64,000 nucleotides of DNA from Yuukianura sp. NJ FZ-2021. Lineage: Eukaryota. This document shows positions 1 through 10,816 of this stretch, in pieces. Numbering within the stretch: the stretch's first letter is position 1; each line of letters starts with the position of its first letter. The notes beneath the pieces were generated by a model, which was given only the letters and a program-made list of their open reading frames with translations, was not told the origin of the DNA and did no database searches. The position numbers were made by a program, and so were the translations under genes. Where the stretch lies: assembly GCA_046563655.1 (NCBI GenBank), contig CM102283.1, positions 6,200,001 through 6,264,000 of the forward strand. Reading direction: 5' to 3'.

Positions 1-49
1 GCAATTGCAATTTACGATATATGGTGTTTTATGGCATTGTACATTTCAG

Positions 50-1073
50 GTACATGAAGCGTTTCGGAAGCTACTATCCAATTGTTTTGCTAACTGATGA
101 AGAATGGACGCCTGACATGGAAGCTATTTATGTCCATAGTCTACTGAACGATCCTAGCCGATGCAGCCTCATCGAAGGTCTCCGGTGCCAATTGAAACAG
201 AACGAAAACACAGCCGAAATCAATTTCCATCATCACCACGAAAAAAGGCGGGAAGGACCGATAGCAGAAGTTCAAGAACCAAGTTTGTTGGAGCCTCGGC
301 GTGCTGATGTCCGAATTCAAGAAAACTTACGGGACTTTGACCGCATTTCGGAAGTTGACCCAGAGTGGCGTTGCGTTTGCAATCCTGACATCTCCGTTCA
401 TTTCAGTGTAGAAGTGAAGCGCAAGAAGGGGTCCAAGGAACATCCGTTCTACGACGACCAATGTCTCATGAAGGTGGGTTTACCGTGTAAATTCAAACGT
501 TCGCCTGGAATGGAGCCATCTTCTGGTCACTTCAAGGCCAGCTACCGCTGTATTCCAGACGCCCATTGCGTTTCGTTGTTCGAATCGGATAACGCAACAA
601 CCAACTATAGTACCACCAGCAGAGTTAAAGGAATGGTGGCTGACAAAGTAGCTAAGAAAATGCTGGCTGACTTGGAAGCTAATCGAACGCTAGCTGATCA
701 GGGAGATAATTCAACGCTAGCTGACACTGGAGCTAACAAAACGGAAAATGCGAGTATTGACGACATTCAGCAGCGTATCAAGCTTATCGTTGGCTACAAA
801 CTAAACCTTGCCGGAGTTCGTCCTGCATTTCAAAATTACGTTCTGCGACATCTGACCCACATTTGTTCGTGTCTCCCTGACTACGAACCAAACGGAAACG
901 GACTTTGTGTGCAGTCAAAATCAGGAAAGAATAAACTTGAAAACCGAGCGGGAATGGGAGATGGAAACCAAAATGGCGCCAGTGGACTGCTGCCATATCA
1001 CGGGTTGTCACTTCTTGCTATTAGCCTCTTGACACCCATTCAATACAATTTTAAATGTTTTGAACAGCAATAA
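50..1073 (+). CDS. Terminal exon of a Cys-rich, probably secreted and GPI-anchored orphan protein; 5' exons lie outside the window
   Basis: Acceptor tttcag|G at 49/50 and a long open frame. Spaced Cys pattern (CSLIEGLRC...CVC...CLMKVGLPC...CIPDAHC...CSCLPDYEPNGNGLC). C-terminal small residues plus a hydrophobic tail (NGASGLLPYHGLSLLAISLLTPI). AATAAA overlaps the stop. Confidence 0.7.
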
Positions 1074-1209
1074 AAAGATTGAAAACGTTATGTTAATGGT
1101 TGTAGATTATATTTGATCTTCTTTAAGAAATGAGAGTGCTGACAATTATAGGAATTCAAATCCCAAAACGGCGCGTATTTTTCTTATCTTCATTTCTTAT
1201 TTCTCATTT

Positions 1210-1522
1210 CGGTCGAAGTAAACTTTGAGTCCACCGTTGTACCCCCAAATTCCATTGTATTGTACCCCCACATTATAATCCGTGGCAAATTCAAAAAAAC
1301 AACAAATCGCCCCCTCTACTGTTGATTTGTTCAGTTACGCATAGATTTATGAACTGTACCCCCCGTCCTTAGTTAGGTTTGTTTAACCTAACCTAACCCA
1401 ACCAACAATAGAGGGGGGGATTTGTTGCTTTTTTGAATTTGCCGCCACGGATTATAATGTGGGGGTACAATACAATGGAATTTGGGGGGTACAACGGAGG
1501 ACCTCAAAGTTTACTTCAACCG
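1210..1522. mobile_element. MITE-like non-autonomous element with about 115-bp imperfect terminal inverted repeats
   Basis: cggtcgaagtaaactttgag...gtacccccacattataatccgtggc at the left end is mirrored by gccacggattataatgtgggggtac...ctcaaagtttacttcaaccg at the right end. The centre holds ttagg/cctaa short repeats. No clear TSD. Confidence 0.75.
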
Positions 1523-1850
1523 TCAACCCTCATTTCCATTCCAATTTCCAATTTAATAATTTCTTGTAATTTATCCTTTATCCCATTTTAAATCTAGTGA
1601 ACGAATGCTTACTTATGTACTAGAAACGTTAGTTAGATAGTATAGTTACTACCGTCGCCTAAACTGATTTCTGTTCTTGGCATCGTTTCATCAAATCCTA
1701 CCATACCACCAAATTTTTGACTTACCTTCGGGCAATTGAACAATTTTTATCAACTACCAATCAATCACTATGTAAGTCACGCCGTCTCTAGTAATAAAGT
1801 TTCAAATTGTTTCAAATTGAAACCATGCTTAATTTCGAAGGAATACAACA

Positions 1851-3179
1851 ATGGAGTATTATCGGCAGCATCAACGACAGAATACCGGAATGAAGGAGCG
1901 GTATCGGTATCAACTGGATGACGAAGAGTGTAACTCGGATTTGGAAGAAGATAGAACAGAGGTTTTGATCGTCACTAAGAAATGCAAACACGGGAAGAAA
2001 AGCAGAAGTGTCAAGCATATGATGTATCAAATTCCAGTACGATCGTCAGAGATGGATCGCGACTACGTCGTACATTGCGGTTACCGAGTTCTTCATCCTA
2101 GAAGGGCCATTCCGAGTCCTCCACCTCCCCGGCAAAGATACGTCCGAACTGACGTTGGAGTTGACTTTGTGGAAGACAAACTCCAACAATACGGCAGAAC
2201 TGACACTGGAGTGGACTTTCCAAAAGACAAGGTCGAACGATACGTGAGAACTGACACTGGAGTCGACTTTGTAGAAGATAAGCTCAAGCTAGGCGGATTG
2301 GGTCAAAAACACAATCGTTGCGACAACTGTGGGAAACGCAGATTGATGGACAAGGATAGGCTTGATGTTGTCACTTCTTCGGCTCCAAGAATTCATCATT
2401 CAACCCAACCCTGGTTTTCTGATACCCAAAAGAACGTGAAGCATATCACATTCACCAAGCTTTTGAACGATCCAGACGACTTCCAACAGAAACTTCGTTT
2501 TTTTGAAAACTTCTACGTAGCTACTCCTGAAGGACTCAAAGAAAAATCGGTTTCGTCATCATCTCAAACCGCCAATGTCAATCATATTCCAAAAGAAGAG
2601 GAAACTAAACAGTTGGAGGATTGGATGGCACAAATTCAGGCTCGATATGCAGCACTTACCGGAGGTCCAATCGGAGATATCAAGGATTCACTCACTTCCG
2701 AAAAGCGGGCATCCGGTGACATTCCCATGCAGAAGGGAAGCCGTAACGACTTGAAATCCGTGCCAGCCCCAATGGAAGAAATCGTAAAAGGCGCCTACGT
2801 CGATACCGAGCAATTACCTGTTATCTGGGAGGTGGCAACTGCTGACGAAGATGACGATGTCCAAAACGAAAGTTCAAGTGAAGAGGAAGCTGAAAATGAA
2901 ATTTTAGATGAAGAAGCTGAAAATGAACTCCAGGAAGAAGACGAAATCGAAGTTTCTTACGAAGAAACCGAACAGGACGAAGTCGACGTCGAGCAGTCAT
3001 ACAACATGGAAGAAGTAGAAGGAAACGAAGGTGAAACCGAGGAGAACGAATTGTATACTACTTGTTTGGACCTACAATATGTTTCAATTAGCGTCCCTGA
3101 AGTACAAGGAAATGGTACCGATGTTGAGGTCGTAGCCAAACCCAATGATGAAGCAAATACTGCTAAAGCTGATCAATAA
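1851..3179 (+). CDS. Intronless 442-aa orphan protein with three 17-aa repeats, a CxxC motif and an acidic C-terminal third
   Basis: 1.3-kb ORF from a true ATG in AT-rich DNA. Repeat (R/Q)Y(V/G)RTD(V/T)GVDF..DK occurs three times, followed by RCDNCGK and an E/D-rich tail. Confidence 0.75.
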   Translation: MEYYRQHQRQNTGMKERYRYQLDDEECNSDLEEDRTEVLIVTKKCKHGKKSRSVKHMMYQIPVRSSEMDRDYVVHCGYRVLHPRRAIPSPPPPRQRYVRTDVGVDFVEDKLQQYGRTDTGVDFPKDKVERYVRTDTGVDFVEDKLKLGGLGQKHNRCDNCGKRRLMDKDRLDVVTSSAPRIHHSTQPWFSDTQKNVKHITFTKLLNDPDDFQQKLRFFENFYVATPEGLKEKSVSSSSQTANVNHIPKEEETKQLEDWMAQIQARYAALTGGPIGDIKDSLTSEKRASGDIPMQKGSRNDLKSVPAPMEEIVKGAYVDTEQLPVIWEVATADEDDDVQNESSSEEEAENEILDEEAENELQEEDEIEVSYEETEQDEVDVEQSYNMEEVEGNEGETEENELYTTCLDLQYVSISVPEVQGNGTDVEVVAKPNDEANTAKADQ

Positions 3180-3438
3180 TCAATCATTTACGTTCATTTT
3201 TGTTACCCGTGTTTCACCGAAGTGCAACTAGTAAATTTATATATCCAATCAACCTCAATTGGTGAGATCTTCCCATGCTTGTTTACAGTTTTTTAAAACC
3301 TGAACTTAAGTCTGGAATCCTTTTTTTGAAAACCTGTAAAATCTTAAAAAGTCATGCAGTGACTTCCCCTTGGTCAAATCATGCAAATAACTCATCATGC
3401 GATCATTAACTTCTAATGCCATTTTAATAGTCTCTTTC

Positions 3439-3445
3439 TATAAAA
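3439..3445 (+). promoter_or_regulatory. Probable TATA box of the PTM-repeat gene
   Basis: TATAAAA about 95 bp upstream of ATG 3534. Confidence 0.45.
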
Positions 3446-3533
3446 TCACGAGTCGCTTTTTGAGAGTTAATTACTCGTCAGCTAATTTTTTTTTCTCGAG
3501 CCTCTGATTTCAAATTTTTTGTGCTAAGGCAAG

Positions 3534-4707
3534 ATGTGGGTACTTCGGTTTGGCATTTTCATAGCGTTCTTATGTGTTGCTTACAGGTAACTTGACAAAT
3601 GAATTACGAATTACTCAATTACTCAACATGTAATATAATTTAAGATTAATTTTGATTTTTTTAAGGTTTCAACCTAGCAGCGCCTACAGTTTCTCGATTG
3701 AGTATGCTGCCCCTGTCGAAGATGTTCTAACTGCAGATGACGGAGTTGTTTACTACGAAATTGGTGAGATACTCAACGGGATGGAAATTTTTTTTTAGAA
3801 GAGAAAAAAGTTCATAATTTGCAATATTTCCAGAACAAATTCGGTCTGATTGCTACCAATCTGCTTTCAGTTGGTGGATTTTCAACGTTCCTCAGGTAAA
3901 CGGAACTTGTTTCCCGAATGCTCAGAACTGCACTACTGCCGGAGGAATTGTGTTCTACTACCCATCTCAAGCCTGTTCTGGCACCGACGTCTGCTGTAAT
4001 GCTAAACATCATTTTACACTTTTCGTTTCTTCTTTCCTGAGGTTTTTTCTCCAAGGATTTGATTTTTTCGTTTTTGTCTTGTAGGTATCAATCCTCAGAA
4101 CGCCACTGTGCCACCAACAATGCCTACGTTTCCTGGCGGTGGAATGCCAAACTGTACTCAACCGACGTACAACCAATCTAATCCATCCGGTATCTTCCAA
4201 CCTCTAAACTGTTCCGGCATGCCAACAATGCCACCAGTGCCTACGATGCCAACCATGCCTACGATGCCAACCATGCCTACGATGCCAACCATGCCTACGA
4301 TGCCAACGATGCCTACGATGCCAACCATGCCGACATTTCCAGGAGGTGGAATGCCAAACTGTACTCAACCGACGTACAACCAATCTAATCCAGCCGGTAT
4401 CTTCCAACCTCTAAACTGTTCCGGCATGCCAACAATGCCACCAGTGCCTACGATGCCAACGATGCCAACGATGCCAACGATGCCTACGATGCCAACGATG
4501 CCAACGATGCCTACGATGCCAACGATGCCTACGATGCCAACCATGCCGACATTTCCAGGAGGTGGAATGCCGAACTGTACTCAGCCTACATTCAATCAGT
4601 CCAATCCCGCCGCTATTTTTCAGCCTTTGAACTGTACTGTTCCGACTCAGATTCCGACCGGTATACCGTCGGGCGTTGGAGCACTCTACAACCTATTTTC
4701 TTTCTAA
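3534..4707 (+). CDS. Secreted protein: signal peptide, six-Cys module, then (Pro-Thr-Met)n repeats separated by Cys-pair modules. Exons 3534-3586, 3666-3763, 3834-3995, 4085-4707
   Basis: N-terminus MWVLRFGIFIAFLCVAY. GT-AG introns keep frame into the 4108-4707 ORF. Cys module reads DC...GTCFPNAQNCTTAGG...ACSGTDVCCI. Confidence 0.8.
4111..4640 (+). repeat. Coding tandem repeat: 9-bp cc(t/a)ac(g/c)atg unit nested in a 207-216-bp higher-order repeat
   Basis: ctaaactgttccggcatgcc recurs with a 207-nt period (ccgg at 4214 and 4421). GGGMPNCTQPTxNQSNPxxIFQPLNC occurs three times. Confidence 0.9.
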
Positions 4708-5200
4708 TCGCGTATCTTCCTTTGCCAAAATTTGACTAAAACGAACTCAGTTTAAGGGCCCAGGCCTTAGACATGATTTAGATGTAGTAATTTCCTTACT
4801 AAAGTGTATTGCAATTACAAACCTCTTCGGAAAGGTGATGGGTAGAAAGTAGATGCAATGGGTGAATAATAACATAATAATAATTATTACACAAAATATT
4901 TTCAAGTTGGTTTTCAAGCCTCGCCCCCTTTGCAAAAGTACACATTGCAAAAAAAAAAATGTGGCATTTTCTGTTTTTGTTAAGACTTTCAGCCTGATTG
5001 ATCATCCAAATGACTAAACAGCATCTCTTGGACATTGCAAATAGCATGTTATTATCTACTCCGGATTTAAACTTCCTTTTCAAGTTGCTTACTGTATTTT
5101 AATATTAACTTGTGTTGTACGTGTACCCGAATCGATTAAAAATTTCACATATACCCTGTCAGAATCTCTTCTACTTTTGAGCTGAAACTACTGTTGGAAA

Positions 5201-6299
5201 ATGTTCCGTTTGACCTTGACATTGTGTCATGTATGGATTTGGCTCACATTCCAACGATACCCTGCAATAGCGTCGAGTCGTAAGTTTTAATCAACTTTTT
5301 TTTATTGGAAATTTTGAATGTATTTGTAAACGCATATAACGTTAGAAGCGACTTGCTAAGTGCAACTTTTTCTTTTAAGCGGCGGATGATACCAATACAA
5401 TAGCAATCCAGACATCAACATTCAATTTCAGCCGATGGATAACTTTCGGAGGACAAAAACAAATCCGGTTTATGACAGATTTCGGTACGACCAATCACAA
5501 ATCAGCGTCAGCAATTTGCGCAATGCATGGGTTGGACGTTTCTCTAATACAACTGAAGTCTCATGAAGAAGCGAAACGTTTTAAGAGCACTTTCATTACA
5601 AGTTTGAATTTACCCCCAATGAGCCACATGACGTTTGCGTTTTGGCTTCATCCGGATTCTGGATCTGTAGAAGACAATTCTAAATTAGCCGGAGGTTTAG
5701 AAGGTTCAAATGAGTCAAGTTCAACCAAATGCTTTGCACTGACATTTCCCAACGACTTCGCAGACACCATCATATGGGCGTCACTTCCCTGCACCCAACA
5801 CTTATGGATCGCTTGCCAGAGACCTTGGAACGACACTCCAATTGCAGAAGAAGTGACGGCTCTCAAGCAGCGCCAACTCGAACTTGAGAAGAGATTTGAA
5901 ATGCTTGAGAAGCGCCCGATGCAACCTCCAGTGGGTTTCATTTACACGCAGCTTCCAGGACAGCTAGAGCCCAGTGACCTCTGGAAGCTTTGCGAGCAAT
6001 GTCGTTGGGAAGACATAAGTAAGACGTATGAAGGCAATTTTTTCAGGGTGGTTGGTGGGGCTGCGGCGGAATTTGGGGCCATCCAGGGATCTCAAACTCG
6101 GATGCTGAATGTTCGTACTGGATACACAGGGACAGGAGAGGGAAATCCTGTTTCGACTCCAGTAAACGGTGGTTGGAGTCCACCAATATGGTCTGGACAA
6201 AATGGCGGTCCAAAAAATCTCTTCTTGGCGTTCCAGATGCCTGAAGTGGAAATTCGTCCAAGAAACCAAGCTGTGAGGATTTGGAAACGAATAGGCTAA
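5201..6299 (+). CDS. Secreted 332-aa protein: C-type lectin-like domain, coiled coil, and C-terminal phage tail-fibre/collar-like domain. Exons 5201-5279, 5380-6299
   Basis: Signal-like MFRLTLTLCHVWIWLTF...; the gtaag...ttaag intron keeps frame with ORF 5472-6299. CTLD pattern W..F...A..IC..HG..L..LKS.EE...FWL...C...W...PC......CQR. Heptad EVTALKQRQLELEKRFEMLEK. C-terminal PVGFIYTQ...W...Y.G.FFRV.G...FG..Q...EIRPRNQAVRIWKR. Confidence 0.8.
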
Positions 6300-6859
6300 T
6301 GGTTCGATGTTGTACGGTCAGAACAATTCGGTCAAAAAGTGAAAAAGTCAAAAAGTGAGACGATCAAAAATAAGAAAAAGCTGCCAATATTTCACCAAAT
6401 TTTCTAAATATGGATTATAGAAAATCCAAAAAGTTGTGTTTCTCTTTTTTTCAAAATTTTCTGTACTCGGATGAGGGTGAAAGGTGTGAGGTGATTAGTA
6501 ATTAATGGTTTAATGCATCCTTCAATTAGCTACCAAATAAAAGTGAAATGACGAAAACCGGAATCGTTTTCCTTCCGTTCTCACAACTTTATTAAAACTT
6601 TCTGATTTTTTTCTCTCATTTTTGAAAAGTGCACCGCACTGCCTCATTTGTGAATTGGAAACTGAGTGAATAGTACTGCAAAAAATAATTTGGCAAATTG
6701 CTTCATTTTTTTTATACGTGCTTGTTTTTGTGTGTGTCAAATTTCGTAATGATAAAGTAAGATTACTTCATTTCGTTCAACCTACTGCGAGAAAGCTAAA
6801 CAAAAGGTCAGGGACTCACCGGAATTTCCCAAGAGATGCGATTTCTAAGTTCAAAGCCT

Positions 6860-6866
6860 TATAAAA
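6860..6866 (+). promoter_or_regulatory. Probable TATA box of the Gly/Tyr-rich gene
   Basis: TATAAAA about 50 bp upstream of ATG 6912. Confidence 0.5.
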
Positions 6867-6911
6867 GCCAGTTATTCGTTTGTACACTTGTGTATTGTTG
6901 AGTTAGGAACA

Positions 6912-7945
6912 ATGGCTGCGTTGATTGTGTTATTCCTGGCTCTGTTCTGCGCAGGATCGGGAGCTACTGATGATTACGGATCCATCAATCCATCAGCAGA
7001 ATACCAGGAATACCATTATACTTTACCAATCAAAGAACTCCATTCCCACTCTGCTGTACAGAGTTACGCATCCAAGGCTAAAGCGCAGAAGCAAAACGTT
7101 GTAACACCGGAGCATCTTTACGGTAATGGACAAGTAGCTGCAGCAGTAGCCGCTGCCCAACATGCTCATGCTCATGCGCAACAGCAGCACTCACATTATA
7201 CCAAACCAGGATCAGCAGCAGTAATTGAGAAAAGTACGCAGTTAGCATACAATCCAGTGGCCACTCCTTATGCTTACAACGCTGAAGCCAATCACAGGCC
7301 GGGAATCAAACCACAGAAAACGGCGGGAATTCCGAAAGGTCGTGCCGTGGCTTTTGTTGAAGAATCAGCTTATGGTGCCCAACATGGAAATGGTGCTGGA
7401 ATTTCAAAGAAACCTGCCAGTACCAACCTAGTTGATGCTGTAGGAGCACATGGATACTTGTATGGAAACTATGCTCCTGCTGCGCATGGTCACTATGCTC
7501 CAGCAGTGATGCCTGGATATGGTTTCTCCGGAGGTTACCCGGGAGTTGGTTATAGAAATCATGGAGGCGGATATGGACAGTATGGCTACGGTGGGTTTCT
7601 TTACGGAGGCGCTTACGGTGGACATGGACATGGATATGGTGGACTTGGTTATGGTTAGTTATTACTAAATATTATTGCTTCTGAATTAAACTTTCAAAAT
7701 TAATAGCTCAACAGTTTTGACTTTGTGTATTCCAAGTAGGAGTGCCCCCGGGTTATGCTCTGGGAGGAATAACACCGCACGGTGGCATCGGTGGTGGGTA
7801 TGGCATTGGACATGGTTATGGTGGGGTAGCTGGGTATCCACCAATTGGCGGCTTAGGTGGATATGGCCATGGATTGGGAGGATACGGTGCGGGACTAGGC
7901 CTCGGTCATCATGGCGGCGGTTACTACGGGGCATACCGAAGATAA
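6912..7945 (+). CDS. Secreted Gly/Tyr/Ala/His-rich structural (cuticle- or eggshell-type) protein. Exons 6912-7653, 7740-7945
   Basis: Signal peptide MAALIVLFLALFCAGSGA and GYG/GGYG repeats. The gttagt...tag intron joins ORFs 6888-7658 and 7742-7945 in frame. AATAAA near 8004. Confidence 0.85.
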
Positions 7946-8344
7946 TGTCACCGAATTTCTTATGTTCAGTTACGTTACCATCGACTAAACCTATTATGTT
8001 TTAAATAAAATAAAACAGTCTTAAATTACTTAATTAGTTAATTCCTAATTAGTAAATTTATTTCATTTTTGTTGTTTCGCGACTATTGTCCAACAATTTT
8101 ACTGCGAAATTTGGAATTATGAGACTCAAAAATATTAGCATAGCAACTGCGTGCGGGTTTTTCAGAAGGAGCAAAAAAACAAAGAAGTTTCAAATTTCTT
8201 TGTTCCTCGTTCAGTTGCTGGCTGGATGTTGAGGTGGTCGGACCGCAGAAGTCTGTCTCCTTTTTCGTAATTCGAATTTTTCGTATCTTACTTCAATTAC
8301 AACGTTAATCGCCGATCCCGGTCCCTGTAACCATTTTCTGAAAC

Positions 8345-9049
8345 ATGAGTGACTGCAACCAAAACACAACGGTGGTAATTAAATTAGATTGTTAATGCCT
8401 AAACCTAGCAACATCCATTGACGAACTACTTTTTTTGAGAAACTACTGACTAATCGTTGCTCTCCATTTTTAGGACCCGTGTGCTCCAGTTTGCCCGGAT
8501 CCATGTGCTCCACCACCTTGTCCGGATCCGTGTGCACCACCAGTTTGTCCGGACCCATGTCCACCTCCTGCCTGTGAAGGGCCGTGTCCACCACCACCCG
8601 TTTGTCCGGATCCATGTCCACCACCACCAGTTTGTCCAGACCCGTGTCCGCCGCCTGCTGCCTCTCCACCACCCCCTGCTTTTGCAGATCCGTGTCCGCC
8701 GCCACCGAAATGCAACCCTCCTCCAACTGCTACTTTCACTTGCCCAGCATCGGATTGTAAACCAAAAGCAGCTGATTGTCCACCACCTCCACCGCCAGTG
8801 AATTGTCCACCTCCTCCAGCTCCACCGAAGAAGGAGGAATGTGTGCCTCCTCCTCCACCTCCTCCAAAGAAGGAGGAAGCATGTGCTGATGACTCGAAGA
8901 AAGACGATTCTAAGAAGGACGACTCAAATAAGAAACCGGTCAACGACAACAGTTGCGAACCGCGTCCACTCAAATATGTAGGTGCCAAATACGAACTGGT
9001 ACAAATATGTTCTTTCTAATTGATTGTCAATTCTTGTTTCCAGGAGTAG
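8345..9049 (+). CDS. Cys/Pro-rich protein (CPDPC/PPP repeats) with no signal peptide. Exons 8345-8374, 8474-8977, 9044-9049
   Basis: MSDCNQNTTV|DPCAPVCPDPCAPPPCPDPC... stays in frame to ORF 8798. Donor gtaggt at 8978; acceptor ttccag at 9043 gives KYE-stop. Confidence 0.75.
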
Positions 9050-9457
9050 CGAAGACGCAACAACACGATACACTTCAAATCTACCATATCCATACTACTC
9101 ACTCATCATCTCAACGTCAGCATCTCAGTTACCACATCATCCTGATGTCTCCAAATTAATCAAAATTAAAGTCAGAATAAGGTAGCTTCACACTCACTTT
9201 CGAAGGATATGCAACTCTATAACTAAATTAACAAAGCAATAAACTAGCGAATAGAAAACTAAATATTGAAATACGTGTACTGCTTATGACTATATTTTTA
9301 ATTGTCACTCTTAAGTTAAAGTTTCTATGTATTTCTAAGGATATCAGTCGTTTATGGCTTCATGCAAAATGTTCGGCAAGAGGCACTTGGGCACAAATAA
9401 ATTAAGAAGGGAAGGCTAGTTAAGTTGTCAATTAACCAAACTTTAACTAATTAGAAC

Positions 9458-10816
9458 TTAAGGTATGAGTAAACCCACGTAAAGGAAGAAGACCCACTTG
9501 AAGAATGTGAAAACGAGGTCATACAGGACATGGACTTGGTATTCCCTCAAGAATTCGCCTAAGCTCTTTCCATCAATTCCGAAAATCCTGTTTATCCAAT
9601 TGATCAGACTTCGTCCAACGTGGTACCCTTCGGTTTCAGAATGTTCCTCGAAGGTTCCAGTTTTGGCTTGACCTTTAGCTACTGACGTCATGCTTGTCAT
9701 GAAGTTACTGAACAGCATCTTCCCATATTCCATTACCCTTGACTGCATCTTGTCTAATCCCCAAGCATCAGCATCTGAATTAAGACAAAATGACATTTTT
9801 AGAACAAAATCGGTTTCAATTTTTAAAATTGTTGACATTTCACGCAACCGCAGAGGAGTTTTATACATTCACATCAGCATTTGCTTGGATAATCAAGATG
9901 GAAGTAGATTTTTACCAGACTTTTTGACCTTCTTGGATCCCTTCGTGTAGTGACTCTGTTGCAGTGGCTGTTGGTGGGAATTTTGAACCGGCGTGGAGTA
10001 CACTGGCGGGAACAAATTTGAAATTCGTTTAGTTGCAGTGACATTGTTAGTACTTGTACTGGCAACTGGTGTCCAACTATTCCACTCTGGCGGATTTTCC
10101 ACTTTTTGAGCCACAACAATCACAGTGGCCGGCAGTTTGTTTTGCTTGACCGGCTCTTCTTTGTTTACTATTGGTTCTTTGTTCGGCTCAGAATTGTCAC
10201 CACCATGTACTTCCACTGTTTTTTGTTCGTCTTGGACTACCTCGTGGGCGAAACCTAGAGGCAAAAGAAGAAGCAGTAGCAAAAACAAAGTGGTTGGCAA
10301 AAATGTTCCTTGACCTCAATTCAGCCTCCGCTATACAGTTGAAACAGTAAACAAAAGTGAAGAATTCCCACAAGGAATCCTGACTGAGGATTAAAAATTC
10401 AGCACGGAGACTTCACTCTGACACTTTCACTGATACAAGTGGAAGTGACCTTGATTTTGTTTAACATTTAACAGATCTCCATCCTACTTTAATTGTAAAG
10501 TCGTGTCAAAAACTAACAACAAATCAATATGTTTTCGGAAGAATTTGGTCCACTGTAATTAATAGAACATGCGCTTGTTTACGACGCATCACAACAACAA
10601 AGGCTTAAATCGGCTCAACCTTTTCACCACGTTTTCAATATTTTTCAAAATTCAGTTTTGAAAATGCAACATTAAGTTGTGAAAATTCAATATTTAGTTT
10701 TCATTCCATGTTTTTTTTAAAAAAAACTTTTTTCTTTACCTACCTTGAATTGTACTTGTGATGCAAATAATTGATGTCCAAATCACTAATTTTTTCCAGT
10801 GCCAGTAGTTGATCAT
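9458..10816 (-). CDS. 242-aa orphan membrane protein: signal peptide, low-complexity ectodomain, C-terminal hydrophobic segment. Exons 10816-10744, 10254-9916, 9774-9458
   Basis: Spliced product reads MINYWHWKKLVIWTSIICITSTIQG|FAHEVV...KKS|DADAWG...FTFFKWVFFLYVGLLIP. Both junctions are phase 1 GT-AG; total 729 nt. Confidence 0.75.

Noticed and set aside
4009-4407. His/Trp/Arg repeat ORFs on the minus strand
   Set aside because: Reverse-frame translation of the PTM repeat.
5201-6299. Bacterial or phage contamination as the source of the tail-fibre-like sequence
   Set aside because: The gene has a spliceosomal intron and an animal CTLD in the same exon, and is flanked by intron-containing genes.
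8470-8988. 172-aa Gly-rich ORF on the minus strand
   Set aside because: Antisense shadow of the Pro/Cys-rich + strand gene, which has an ATG and proper splice sites; this ORF lacks an ATG start.
10255-10300. Apparent poly-Leu signal peptide (LFLLLLLLLPL) with a non-ATG start
   Set aside because: It is the polypyrimidine tract of an intron acceptor; the real signal peptide is in the exon at 10816-10744.
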